Shown here piece by piece: positions 1 to 9,425 of a DNA stretch of 64,000 bases. The DNA comes from an uncultured bacterium (GTDB lineage Bacteria > Krumholzibacteriota > Krumholzibacteriia > LZORAL124-64-63), in contig CAIWHK010000032.1 in NCBI GenBank assembly GCA_903912525.1, positions 110,409 to 174,408 of the forward strand, written 5' to 3'. Within the stretch, counting starts at the first letter, position 1. Every line of letters begins with the position of its first letter. The position numbers were made by a program, and so were the translations under genes. A model generated the notes under the pieces. That model did not search any database. It was not told where the DNA came from and saw nothing but the letters and a program-made list of their open reading frames with translations.

Positions 1-314
1 GTACCGGCGGCGATTTCGCCCGCCCAGGCCGGCAGGAAGTGGTCGCGGAACAGTTCGAACGGGGCGCCATCGCGGAACCACAGCGTTTCGTTCGTCGTCA
101 TCGCGTCGATCACGAGGTCGCGTACGCCCCGCGGACGGTCGCCCTGCAGGGCGACGAGCAGGGCACCGTAGTCCCCAATACCGTGCGCCGACATGATCTC
201 CGACAGCCGGGTCTCGACCAGGTAGGCCTTGTCGTCTCCCAGGCTGATCGAAGTCTCGCGCTCCAGGAACTCCCGGAGGCGGTCGAACTCTCGCGCACCG
301 ATCGTCGTGGCCAT
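1..314 (-). CDS. cheR: Chemotaxis methyltransferase CheR (5' part; runs off window)
   Basis: Not in ORF track; manual translation from ATG 314: MATTIGAREFDRLREFLERETSISLGDDKAYLVETRL...DAMTTNETLWFRD (CheR TTNETxFFR motif); directly downstream of cheB. Confidence 0.93.
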   Translation of the reverse strand, partial: MATTIGAREFDRLREFLERETSISLGDDKAYLVETRLSEIMSAHGIGDYGALLVALQGDRPRGVRDLVIDAMTTNETLWFRDGAPFELFRDHFLPAWAGEIAAG

Positions 315-369
315 CCCCGCTCCCGCTTGCCCAGGGTACCTGCACGGACGCGCGTGAACCGCGAACCCG

Positions 370-1461
370 TCAAACCTTCAGTGAACGCCCGGCGCCCGCC
401 AGGAACGACAGCCGGGCAGCAATGTCGTCGAGGGCGACGGATTCGTCGCTGAGCCCGGCAACATCGACGGCCCGCGGCATGCCGTAAACCACACACGTGG
501 ATTCCGTCTGCGTCAGGCACCAGCCCCCGGCCGCCTTCACCATCCGCACGCCGGCCAACCCGTCCTCGCCCATTCCCGTCAGCACCGCCGCCAGGACCGG
601 CGATGCGCTCCCGAGCCGGGCCAGAGAGCGGAACAGGACGTCCGCCGCGGGCCGCACGCTTTGCTCCGGCGGATCATCGTTCAACCGGCAGACCAGCCGT
701 CCCGCATCCCGCACGACCGCCAGGTGGCGCCCCCCCGGCGCGATGTGGACGGTCCCCGCCGCCAGGACATCACCATCGGCGGCTTCGACCACTTTCAAGG
801 CCGACTTCGCGTCGAGGCTGCGCGCCAGCGACAGGGTGAACATGGGCGGCATGTGCTGCACGATCACCACGGGCAACGGGTAGTTTGCCGGCAACCGCGG
901 GATCAGGCGCGACAACGCTTCGGGCCCGCCCGTCGACACAGCGATCGCGCTCACGGCGAATCCGCCGGGAGTTGCCCGCGGCGCCACGGCCGGCCGCGCA
1001 GGAGGCGCCGCCCGCCGGGCCGGGACCGGGACCGGAACCGCGACCGGGCGCAGGCCGCCCTGGGCCCGCACCGTCAGCACGACCGGCTCCAACTGGGTCC
1101 TCAGCAGCGTGACCGACTGCGCGAACCCACTCCCCGACGGCTTGGCCACGAACTGCTGCGCCCCACGCGAGAGCGCGGCGATCGTCAGATCGGCGCCCTC
1201 GATGCTCAGCCCGCTGACCACCACCACCGGCAAGCGGGGCGACGACGCCTTCAGGCGGTCCAGCAACTCGAGGCCGTCGATGTCCGGCAGGTGCAGGTCC
1301 AGGAAGACCACGTCCGGAGCCTGCCGGCGCGCGGCGGCCAGGCCGTCGGCGCCGTTGCCGGCAACCTCAACCTGGTCGACGCCCGGCAAACCGCGCAGTA
1401 CCTCGGACATGATCTTCTGGAAGACGAGGCTGTCCTCGATCACCAGTACTTTCAGTCCCAT
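370..1461 (-). CDS. cheB: Chemotaxis methylesterase CheB (REC + esterase)
   Basis: REC (VIEDS, FLDLHLP); catalytic STGGP, VQHMP, LTGMGEDG; start at 1461 chosen from GAGGA spacing (alternative 1470). Confidence 0.96.
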   Translation of the reverse strand: MGLKVLVIEDSLVFQKIMSEVLRGLPGVDQVEVAGNGADGLAAARRQAPDVVFLDLHLPDIDGLELLDRLKASSPRLPVVVVSGLSIEGADLTIAALSRGAQQFVAKPSGSGFAQSVTLLRTQLEPVVLTVRAQGGLRPVAVPVPVPARRAAPPARPAVAPRATPGGFAVSAIAVSTGGPEALSRLIPRLPANYPLPVVIVQHMPPMFTLSLARSLDAKSALKVVEAADGDVLAAGTVHIAPGGRHLAVVRDAGRLVCRLNDDPPEQSVRPAADVLFRSLARLGSASPVLAAVLTGMGEDGLAGVRMVKAAGGWCLTQTESTCVVYGMPRAVDVAGLSDESVALDDIAARLSFLAGAGRSLKV

Positions 1462-1479
1462 CGCCCGCATTCCTCTCCG

Positions 1480-3252
1480 CTAGACGTGGAACCTCGAGAC
1501 GAGCTCATCCATCCGCGCCGACAGGTCGGCAAGCTCCGTGGCGTTGCGCCGCGTGGCCTGGATACCCTTGTCGGTCTCCATCACGCCCTCCCGGACCGCC
1601 TGGATGGTCCGCGAGATCTCCTGCGTGCCCTTCGCGCCCTCGTTGACGCGACGGGAGATCTCCTGCGCCGCGTGGTTGGCCACGCCGCCGCTCTTGGCGA
1701 TCTCGTTCAGCGTGGCCGACTGCTCCTCGACCGCGCCGGCGATCGAGGTCGAGATCTCGTTCACTTCCTCGATCACCTTGCTGATGTTCTCGACCGCCGA
1801 CACGGCTGCCGTCGTGCGCTGCCGCATATCGTCGATCTCGCGGTTGATCTCCTCGGTCGCCTGCGTCGTCTGTCGCGCAAGTTCCTTGACCTCGTTGGCC
1901 ACGACCGCGAATCCCTTGCCCGCGTCGCCGGCGCTGGCCGCCTCGATCGTCGCGTTGAGGGCCAGCAGGTTCGTCTGGTCCGCGATGTCGGAGATCACCT
2001 CGAGCACGCGCCCGATCTTCTCGCTGGCCGCCTTCAGGTGGCCCATGATCTCCACCGTGGCCTTGCTCTGGCGGTTCGCGTTGTCGGCGATGTCGGCACT
2101 GCGCACGCTGCTCTTGGCCACTTCCATGATCGAGGCCGTCATCTCCTCGATGCTCGAGGCCACCGTATTGAGCATGTCCGACATGTCCTCGGCGCTGCTG
2201 GCGATGCCCGCGATGCTCGAGGACAGTTCCTCGCCCGCCGAGCTCACCGTGTTCGCCACGTCCGTCATCGCCAGCGAGTCGTCGGCCAGCTTGTCGCTCT
2301 GGGTGCCCAGGCTGCCGCTGGACTGCTTCAGCGTCTGGCTGCCCGACTTCATGTCGGCGATCAGCGTTCGCAGGCTGTCAGCCATCGCGTTCAGCGAGCG
2401 GCTCAGGCGCCCGATCTCGTCCTGCCGCTCGCCGTAGGCCACGCGCGAACCCAGGTCTCCGGCCGCCAGGGCGTCGGCGAAAGCCACGCTTTCCTGCAGC
2501 GGCTTGATCAGGATGCGCTGCAATGTCAACTGCAGGAGCACCGCCAGGATAACCAGCCCCGCCACGACAAGGGCGATCATACGCCCCATGCTGGCCCGGA
2601 ACGCGGCATCGGCGTGATCCAGGGACTGAATGACCTCGAAGGCGCCATGAACCTCACCGACCTTCCAGCCTTCCATGCGCGCGCCGGTGACGTCGGTGCC
2701 GTCGGCCGTGCCCCAGATGCGCCGGCTCGTCGACGGATCGCCATGGCACAGCATGCAGTTCTCCGACAGAACCACGGGCCGGAAGAAGCGCAACTTGTTG
2801 GTGGCTTCGTCGATCTCCCAATAGTCCTCCTGCCGGCCGCCCTCCAGGGCCTTGAGCGCCCGGGCCTCGATCTCGTCCGGCGTGTTGTCCGGGTTGCGCG
2901 GCGAGAACTTCGGCACCTTGAACTCGTAATCGCCATCGCGGGCGTGCGCCATCGCGGTCTGCCAACCGGCGACCACCGGCACGGCATTGACCGCCAGGTC
3001 CTGTTTTCCCTCGTCATGCCACTTGCGCAACATGTCGACGGTGAAGACGCCGCTCTGCCAGCTCTTCTCCATGTACTCGCGCGCGCCCTCGGCGGACATC
3101 GTGACCGTCCGGGCCTTGTCCACGTACTGCAGGTTGACGGAGCGTCGCTCGTCGCGCGCCCAGAGCACCGTCAGGACAGCGAACAGCGCCGTCGGCAGCA
3201 ACACGCTGGCGAGCGTAACCTTCGCCCGGATCGACAACTTCGACAGGAACAT
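1480..3252 (-). CDS. Methyl-accepting chemotaxis protein with periplasmic DUF3365/Tll0287-like c-heme domain
   Basis: Two TM helices, HAMP ([13 protein letters not shown]), signalling hairpin [37 protein letters not shown]; periplasmic PRNPDNTPD and CMLCH (CxxCH); start MFLSK at 3252. Confidence 0.93.
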   Translation of the reverse strand: MFLSKLSIRAKVTLASVLLPTALFAVLTVLWARDERRSVNLQYVDKARTVTMSAEGAREYMEKSWQSGVFTVDMLRKWHDEGKQDLAVNAVPVVAGWQTAMAHARDGDYEFKVPKFSPRNPDNTPDEIEARALKALEGGRQEDYWEIDEATNKLRFFRPVVLSENCMLCHGDPSTSRRIWGTADGTDVTGARMEGWKVGEVHGAFEVIQSLDHADAAFRASMGRMIALVVAGLVILAVLLQLTLQRILIKPLQESVAFADALAAGDLGSRVAYGERQDEIGRLSRSLNAMADSLRTLIADMKSGSQTLKQSSGSLGTQSDKLADDSLAMTDVANTVSSAGEELSSSIAGIASSAEDMSDMLNTVASSIEEMTASIMEVAKSSVRSADIADNANRQSKATVEIMGHLKAASEKIGRVLEVISDIADQTNLLALNATIEAASAGDAGKGFAVVANEVKELARQTTQATEEINREIDDMRQRTTAAVSAVENISKVIEEVNEISTSIAGAVEEQSATLNEIAKSGGVANHAAQEISRRVNEGAKGTQEISRTIQAVREGVMETDKGIQATRRNATELADLSARMDELVSRFHV

Positions 3253-3307
3253 CTCGGCGTCCTTTCTCGGACCGGACCCGCGGACCCGATCCCCCCGGTC
3301 GAACCGT

Positions 3308-3814
3308 TCAGTCCACGTTGACCGGGACGCGCTGCCCCAGGCCCTCTTCCACCAGTTTCTTGAGACCCAGGACCAGCAACAGGCGGCCGTCCAAGCGTAC
3401 AACGCCGCGCAGATGGTCGGCGTCGATCCCATTGGCGTTGGCAGGCGGCAGGTCCACGCCCTGCTCACCCGGCCGGATGACGTCGCTGATGGCGTCCACG
3501 AGCAACCCCACCGACTCGCCGGCCGGCGCCTCGTCGACCAGGCCCGCCTCGACCAGCGGGGCGACATCCTCGGGCGACTTCAGGATCAGGCAGCGCGACG
3601 TCGGCCCGATCTCGCGCAGCGGCAGCCCCAGCGACGGGCCGAGGTCCAGCACCGTGATGATCTGCCCGCGCAGGTTCAGCAGCCCGCGCACGCCGTGCGG
3701 CGCGCACGCCACCGGCGTGAAGTCGACGTTGCGAATGATCTCGCGCACCACCTGGATGTCGATCCCCAGCAGATGGCGGTCCAGGTGGAAAGACACGTAT
3801 TGCTGTTCACGCAT
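3308..3814 (-). CDS. cheW: Chemotaxis coupling protein CheW
   Basis: YVSFHL..., [28 protein letters not shown]; GGAGG RBS. Confidence 0.95.
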   Translation of the reverse strand: MREQQYVSFHLDRHLLGIDIQVVREIIRNVDFTPVACAPHGVRGLLNLRGQIITVLDLGPSLGLPLREIGPTSRCLILKSPEDVAPLVEAGLVDEAPAGESVGLLVDAISDVIRPGEQGVDLPPANANGIDADHLRGVVRLDGRLLLVLGLKKLVEEGLGQRVPVNVD

Positions 3815-6719
3815 GGGTGCACACCTCCTCCATCACCTGGCGGATCGTCGTCGCCAGTCGCTCGCGGTCCAGCTTGACTTCGTACGCGTTCACGCCGGCC
3901 GCCAGGCCGGCGGCCCGGCTCGCGTCCGAAACCAGCGACGTCAACGCCACCACCGGAAGGTGCGCGTGGCGTTCCGAGGCGCGGATGTGGCGCGTCAGTT
4001 CCAAACCGTCCATCAGCGGCATCTCGATGTCCGTGACCACGAGGTCGTAGGCCTCAGGCGCCTCCGACAGCAGTCGCCAGGCCTCGCGACCGTCACAGAC
4101 GGCAGTCACTGAAGCCCCCAGCGCCTCGATGTAGTTCTTCTCGACAGCCCGGAAGAACGACGTGTCCTCGGCCAGCAGGACCCGCATGCGGTCGAGCGTC
4201 GCCGCCCGCATCCCCTGGGCCCGGTAGATCTCCGGCTCGGCCAGTTCGAACAGGCCGTGGATATCCAGGAACACCGTCAGGCGACCGTCAATCATCCCCG
4301 AACCCAGGATGCCGGCGCCGCGCAGGTTGTCCCGGTCCACTTCGACGCGCGCCGACACCACATCGTCGCACTCCCACGCGATGATACCCATCGGGTGCTT
4401 TACCAGTTTGGGGATGATCACGAAGATTTCGCGCGGCGCTGCGTCGGGCGCCTTGACCGCCAGGAAGTCGTGCAGCCGCAGCAGGCGCAGCGACCCATCC
4501 TGGAACTTCAGGTACTCATGGCCGCCGGCGTGCTGGATCTCCTCCACCGGCACGCGCTCGATGCGCGAGATCATCGCCAGGTTCAGCGCGAAGCGCTCGC
4601 CGTCCGGCGCATTGCGGAACAGCAGCAGGGTCTGGCTTTCGGTGCGGTCCAGGTAGCTGTCCGAGTGTTCGTCGCCGGCCGCGGCCTGCATCGCATCGGT
4701 GAAGCGCAGCCCGCCCAATTCGGCGATGCCGGGCACGTCAAGGATCATCGCCACCGAGCCGTCGCCCATGATCGTGGCACCGGCGTAGCAACGGGAGTCC
4801 TTCAGCGACGGCGGCAACTGCTTGACGACGATCTCCTCGCTGTCGAGGACCTCGTCCACGACCAGGCCGTACCGGTTGCCGCCCACCTTCAGCACTGCGA
4901 CATAGACGGCCGGGCGCACCGCCTCGTCACCGCGGACCAGGCCCAGCAGTGTCGACAACCTTACCAGCGGCAACAGGTGCCCACGCAGGCGCAGCACCTC
5001 CGCATCCTGCACCTGCTCGATGCGCTGGTCATCCCGCCCGTTCCGCAACCTCACCAACTCGTCCAGGCTGACCTGCGGGATCGCAAAGCGGCGCCCGCAG
5101 GCGCGCACCAGGAGCGAAGGGATGATGGCCAGCGTCAGCGGCAGCTTCAGGCGCGTGCGCGTGCCGATCCCGACCTGGCTGTCGATGTCGATGCTGCCGC
5201 CGAGGTTCTCGATGTTGGTGCGCACGACATCCATGCCGACGCCCCGCCCCGAAATGTCCGAGACCTGCTCGGCCGTCGAGAATCCGGGAGCGAAGATCAG
5301 CAGCACCGCCTCGCGGTCGTCAAGGCGCAACGCCTGTTCCGGCGTCAACAGGCCTTTCTCGACCGCCTTCGCGCGGATCCGCACCGGGTCGATGCCGCGC
5401 CCGTCGTCGCAGATCTCCACGTTCACCTGCCCGCCTTCATGGAAGGCACGCACCTCGATGCGACCACAGCGGTCCTTGCCGGCCGCCTCGCGCGCCGCGG
5501 TCTCTTCCAGGCCGTGGTCGAGCGAGTTGCGCAGCAGATGGTTCAGCGGATCGGAGAGCGCCTCGACGATCGACTTGTCCAGTTCGACTTCGCCGCCCGT
5601 GACGACCAGATCGATTTCCTTTCCCGTCGAGCGCGCCAGCTGGCGCACCTGCCGCGGCAGCTTGCCGAAGAGCGCCTCCAGCGACTGCAGGCGCGTGCGC
5701 ATGATGTTTTCCTGCAGGTTCGTCGTGACGGCGTCCAGATTGACCATCGTCGCGTTCATGCCCGGCAGTTCGCTCAGCCGCGAAGGCAGCGCCTGCCCGA
5801 TCCGGATGGCGAGATCGTCAAGGACGCGCTCGACCCGATCCACCTGCCGCCGCGTGCCGTCGTCACCGGTAGTGCCGTCCGGGCTGCCGATCGCCGCGCG
5901 CAGGCTCGACCGCGCCTCCTCGATGGCGTCGCGCGTGGCGGTGAATACCTGGTCGCCGGCCGCCGTTTCGCTGAACTTCCGGTCGAGGGCCTGCAGCAAC
6001 TGGTTGCGCGCCAGGACGAGTTCTCCCGCCAGGTTCATCAGCCGGTTGAGGAGGTCGACCTTCACCCTCAACACATCCGACCCGCCGCTGCGCACGTTTC
6101 CCGCCACCTGCGGGCCCGCCCCGGCATCAACCGTCGACGGATCGGCCGACACGGTCGCCACCTGCGCTGCGGCTGCCGACTCGTTAACCAACGGCTCGAC
6201 CGGCGCCGCATCGGGATCGGTGCCGGAATCGACCGGCGGCAGCTTCCGGAGGGGCAGGTAGCCCGAACGGCGCGGCTCGGCCGAGGCGTCCGCTTCGGGA
6301 ACCGTTTCGGCCGGCGGCGGCGTCACTGTCTCGACATTGAGGAAAGGCTCGAGGCGGCGGAAGACATCGCTGGCGTCGACCTCGGCGCAATGGGCGATGT
6401 CGCCCAGCATGGCACGCACCCGGTCGGTGCCGTCGAGCAGGACATCGACCATGCCGGGCGTGACTTCCAGCTTGCGCGAACGGACCTTCATCAGCACGCT
6501 TTCCATCGCGTGGGCGAGTTCCTGGACCGTCTTGATCCCCAGAAACCCACAGCCTCCCTTGATGCTGTGGATCCCGCGGAAGATGCGATTGACGAGCTCG
6601 AGGGCCTCGTCCGCCGAGACGCCTTTTTCCAACGCCAGCAGGTCGGGTTCGAGCGTGTTGAGGTGGTCCTGGGACTCGACGACGAGTTCCTCCAGCAATT
6701 GGCGGTCGTCCAAATCCAT
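3807..6719 (-). CDS. cheA: Chemotaxis histidine kinase CheA with two CheW domains and C-terminal REC
   Basis: HPt IFRGIHSIKG, dimerisation LMNLAGELVLARNQL, HATPase (HLLRNSLDHG, DDGRG, GFSTA, SGRGVGMDVV), CheW x2, REC (LLAED, VTDIEMP). Confidence 0.96.
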   Translation of the reverse strand: MDLDDRQLLEELVVESQDHLNTLEPDLLALEKGVSADEALELVNRIFRGIHSIKGGCGFLGIKTVQELAHAMESVLMKVRSRKLEVTPGMVDVLLDGTDRVRAMLGDIAHCAEVDASDVFRRLEPFLNVETVTPPPAETVPEADASAEPRRSGYLPLRKLPPVDSGTDPDAAPVEPLVNESAAAAQVATVSADPSTVDAGAGPQVAGNVRSGGSDVLRVKVDLLNRLMNLAGELVLARNQLLQALDRKFSETAAGDQVFTATRDAIEEARSSLRAAIGSPDGTTGDDGTRRQVDRVERVLDDLAIRIGQALPSRLSELPGMNATMVNLDAVTTNLQENIMRTRLQSLEALFGKLPRQVRQLARSTGKEIDLVVTGGEVELDKSIVEALSDPLNHLLRNSLDHGLEETAAREAAGKDRCGRIEVRAFHEGGQVNVEICDDGRGIDPVRIRAKAVEKGLLTPEQALRLDDREAVLLIFAPGFSTAEQVSDISGRGVGMDVVRTNIENLGGSIDIDSQVGIGTRTRLKLPLTLAIIPSLLVRACGRRFAIPQVSLDELVRLRNGRDDQRIEQVQDAEVLRLRGHLLPLVRLSTLLGLVRGDEAVRPAVYVAVLKVGGNRYGLVVDEVLDSEEIVVKQLPPSLKDSRCYAGATIMGDGSVAMILDVPGIAELGGLRFTDAMQAAAGDEHSDSYLDRTESQTLLLFRNAPDGERFALNLAMISRIERVPVEEIQHAGGHEYLKFQDGSLRLLRLHDFLAVKAPDAAPREIFVIIPKLVKHPMGIIAWECDDVVSARVEVDRDNLRGAGILGSGMIDGRLTVFLDIHGLFELAEPEIYRAQGMRAATLDRMRVLLAEDTSFFRAVEKNYIEALGASVTAVCDGREAWRLLSEAPEAYDLVVTDIEMPLMDGLELTRHIRASERHAHLPVVALTSLVSDASRAAGLAAGVNAYEVKLDRERLATTIRQVMEEVCTHA

Positions 6720-6792
6720 AAGTAACTGGCCTTTCACAGCTTGGGCGCCCGCGCAAACGAAAGCGCGGCATACGGTCCGACCCGTAGCCCCT

Positions 6793-6819
6793 GATTCGGG
6801 CCGCGATGCCGCAACTTGA
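6793..6819 (-). promoter_or_regulatory. Possible sigma-28-like promoter for the che operon
   Basis: Minus strand TCAA-N15-CCCGAATC, partial match to TAAA-N15-GCCGATAA, about 75 bp upstream of cheA. Confidence 0.35.
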
Positions 6820-6851
6820 TGGAAATAACTCAGAATGCCCGGAGAATCCGG

Positions 6852-7619
6852 TCAGGCGAGGTCACAGAGGAAGGCGGCGCCCCGCAGGGTCCATTGCGGA
6901 TCACAAAACCGATCCGGGCGCGCGAGGAAGCGGCCGAGCCCCCCGGTCACGACTACCGGCAGGTGCCCGTGGACGTCGTTCAGGCCGCAGATCAGAGCCT
7001 CGACCCCGCCCACACCGGCATGGAAGGCACCGGCTGACATGGCCTCGAAGGTGTCGCTTCCCGCAGCCAGCGGGACCGGCACAAACGGCACCGGCCGCAA
7101 ACGGGCGGCCCTGAGCCCGAGCTGCTCAACGGCGAAGGCCATGCCCGGAGCGATCACGCCGCCGATGAACACGCCTCCGGCCATGACGTCGATCGTCGTC
7201 GCCGTGCCCGCATCCACCACCAGCGCCCCGTCCAGTCCGGCGCCGACCGCCGCAGCCATGTTGCAGAGCCGGTCGGCTCCCGTCGCGGCAGGATCGGCCA
7301 GACGATGGCGGAACGGCAGTGAAGCCGTGTGGTCTGCACTGCGCATCTCGTGCACGAGCCCGCGCAACAGTGCCTCGACCCGCGGGACCACAGAGACCAC
7401 GACCACCGGCACGTCGCCGGCGGAGGCCAGCAGTCCGCTCGCTGCCGGGACGAACGCCGCTTCGTCCGCAGGCGATCCCGGCGTCGCCAGGCGGCCCAGT
7501 TCCCTCAGCGCCGGGGCCGGCTGCCAGGCCCCGCCCGTGCAACGGGGCAGGCGATCCTCCGCCGTCCAGGCGACGAAGCGGACGTATGTGTTCCCGACGT
7601 CAATGATCACTGCCCGCAC
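6852..7619 (-). CDS. coaX: Type III pantothenate kinase
   Basis: IIDVGNT, GADRL, VVDAGTATT, GGVIAPG, VVTGG; GTG start after AGGAGG. Confidence 0.94.
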   Translation of the reverse strand: MRAVIIDVGNTYVRFVAWTAEDRLPRCTGGAWQPAPALRELGRLATPGSPADEAAFVPAASGLLASAGDVPVVVVSVVPRVEALLRGLVHEMRSADHTASLPFRHRLADPAATGADRLCNMAAAVGAGLDGALVVDAGTATTIDVMAGGVFIGGVIAPGMAFAVEQLGLRAARLRPVPFVPVPLAAGSDTFEAMSAGAFHAGVGGVEALICGLNDVHGHLPVVVTGGLGRFLARPDRFCDPQWTLRGAAFLCDLA

Positions 7620-8544
7620 GCTCGCCTCCTTCCCCGCCATCAAGGGTCGGCAGGATGTGCACGTCGCCGACCCGCACGCTCTCGATGATTTTCCCGCCAT
7701 CCGGCAGTTCGCGCTCCACCAGCAGCGCGCCCTGGTCATCGATCCCCACCGCGCGGCCCCGGATCTCCCCCTGGCGCGTGGACAGTCGCACCCGCTGCCC
7801 GAGCAGGCTATCCAGCAGCGCCAGCGCCGGTCGGTACGACTCCCAGCCGTCGTCGCAGAATCGGTCCAGTTCGGTTTCAACGCGACCGAGCAGGCGCGCG
7901 CACAATTCGCCCAGGCGCGGCACGCGCCCACCCTCCGCGGCGACACTGGTCGCGCTGTCGCGCAGCGCCCACGGCAACTCGTGCCTGCCCGCGGACAGGT
8001 TGAGCCCCAGGCCGGCGACGACCTGCGCACCTTCGCCTGTCCCGGCGCGCTCGATGAGCAGCCCGCCCAGCTTGCGCCGGTCCACGACGATGTCGTTCGG
8101 CCACTTGAGGCGCGCGTCCAATCGTTCGCCCTCGCGCAGCACCAGCGCCGTCATCAGGCCGAGCCACACCGAAAAACCGCGGTTGAACGCGGCCCGGTGA
8201 CGCGGCACCGAAACCGACAGGTGCAACCCTCCGCAATCGACCCACTGCCGCCCCTGCCGCCCACGCCCGGCCGACTGCCGCCGCGCGACCACCACGGTAC
8301 CGGGTTTCAGCTCCTGCACCGGCGCCTGCCGGGAGCGCGCCTGCGCCACCCAGCCCCAGCCGTCCCAACGGCACAACCTTCCGACGGCCTCCTCGCCCCG
8401 GCCGCGCAGGAAGTCGTTCGTGCTGCCGACCTCGTCCAGGAGGTACAGCTGCCCGCCGTCCCGGGTGAAGCGTGGGCCGGGCAGGAACGCTTCCAGCCCG
8501 AACCAGTCCCGGTCGACGGGACCGCTGCCGCTGCGCAGCTTCAC
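7600..8544 (-). CDS. birA: Biotin-protein ligase (no N-terminal HTH seen)
   Basis: STND, QSAGRGRQGRQW, LKWPNDI, KLGGLL, GLGLN, GIDDQGALL. Confidence 0.93.
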   Translation of the reverse strand: MKLRSGSGPVDRDWFGLEAFLPGPRFTRDGGQLYLLDEVGSTNDFLRGRGEEAVGRLCRWDGWGWVAQARSRQAPVQELKPGTVVVARRQSAGRGRQGRQWVDCGGLHLSVSVPRHRAAFNRGFSVWLGLMTALVLREGERLDARLKWPNDIVVDRRKLGGLLIERAGTGEGAQVVAGLGLNLSAGRHELPWALRDSATSVAAEGGRVPRLGELCARLLGRVETELDRFCDDGWESYRPALALLDSLLGQRVRLSTRQGEIRGRAVGIDDQGALLVERELPDGGKIIESVRVGDVHILPTLDGGEGGERAGSDH

Positions 8545-9425
8545 GCGCCGCTCCGCAGGTCGAAATCCATGCCGATGTCCAGCGCCGGCGCCGAATGGGT
8601 CAGGCGCCCGACCGACACCGCATCCACGCCGGTCCGTGCATACCCGCCGATCGTCTCGAGGTTCACGTTGCCCGATACCTCGAGCTTTGTTGCCGGGGCT
8701 GTCGCGTCACGCAGGACCACCGCGGCCGCCACCTCGGCGACGGCGAAGTTGTCGAGCATGATCCACTCGACATTCAGCCCCAGCACGACCGCCAGTTGCG
8801 CCGTCGTGTCAACCTCGACCTCCACAGCCAACTGTGGGTACGTCGCCCGCGCCCGCGCGACCATGGCCGCGATGGAATCCCCCGAGGCCCAGTGATTGTC
8901 CTTCAGCAACACGCGATCGTACAGCCCCAGGCGATGGTTCACGCCGCCGCCGCAGCGGACCGCGTACTTCGCGAGCAGCCGGAAGCCGGGCAGTGTCTTG
9001 CGGGTGTCCAGCACCACACACCTCCCCTTCCCGGCTGCCGCAACGTAGCGCGCGGTTTGCGTCGCAATGCCACCAAGGTGCTGGACGAAATTCAACGCCG
9101 TGCGCTCGCCCGTAAGCAGCGAGGCAGCGGGGCCCTCCATTCGCACCAGTTCCTGCCCGGCCGCCACGGCCGCCCCGTCGGCCACCAGCGCCTCCACGCG
9201 CACGCGCGGGTCCAGCGCCCCATACACAAGGCCGACCAGCGGCAAGCCGGCGACGATGCCCGCCTGCCGCGCGACCACGGCACCGGTGGCGACGGTACCG
9301 GCCGTCACAGCCACTGCGGCGCTGACGTCGCCGCCGCCGATATCCTCGCGCAGGCTCTGCGCGACCAGTGCGTCCAGCCATTCCCCGGCCGGGAATCCCG
9401 GTGCTTCCCCCGTTTCGCGCGTCAC
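8541..9425 (-). CDS. nadC: Nicotinate-nucleotide pyrophosphorylase (carboxylating)
   Basis: ERTALNF, LDTRKTLPG, NHRLGLYD, LKDNH, EVEVD, MLDNF, SVGRLTH; GTGA overlap with uvrB stop. Confidence 0.96.
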   Translation of the reverse strand: MTRETGEAPGFPAGEWLDALVAQSLREDIGGGDVSAAVAVTAGTVATGAVVARQAGIVAGLPLVGLVYGALDPRVRVEALVADGAAVAAGQELVRMEGPAASLLTGERTALNFVQHLGGIATQTARYVAAAGKGRCVVLDTRKTLPGFRLLAKYAVRCGGGVNHRLGLYDRVLLKDNHWASGDSIAAMVARARATYPQLAVEVEVDTTAQLAVVLGLNVEWIMLDNFAVAEVAAAVVLRDATAPATKLEVSGNVNLETIGGYARTGVDAVSVGRLTHSAPALDIGMDFDLRSGA

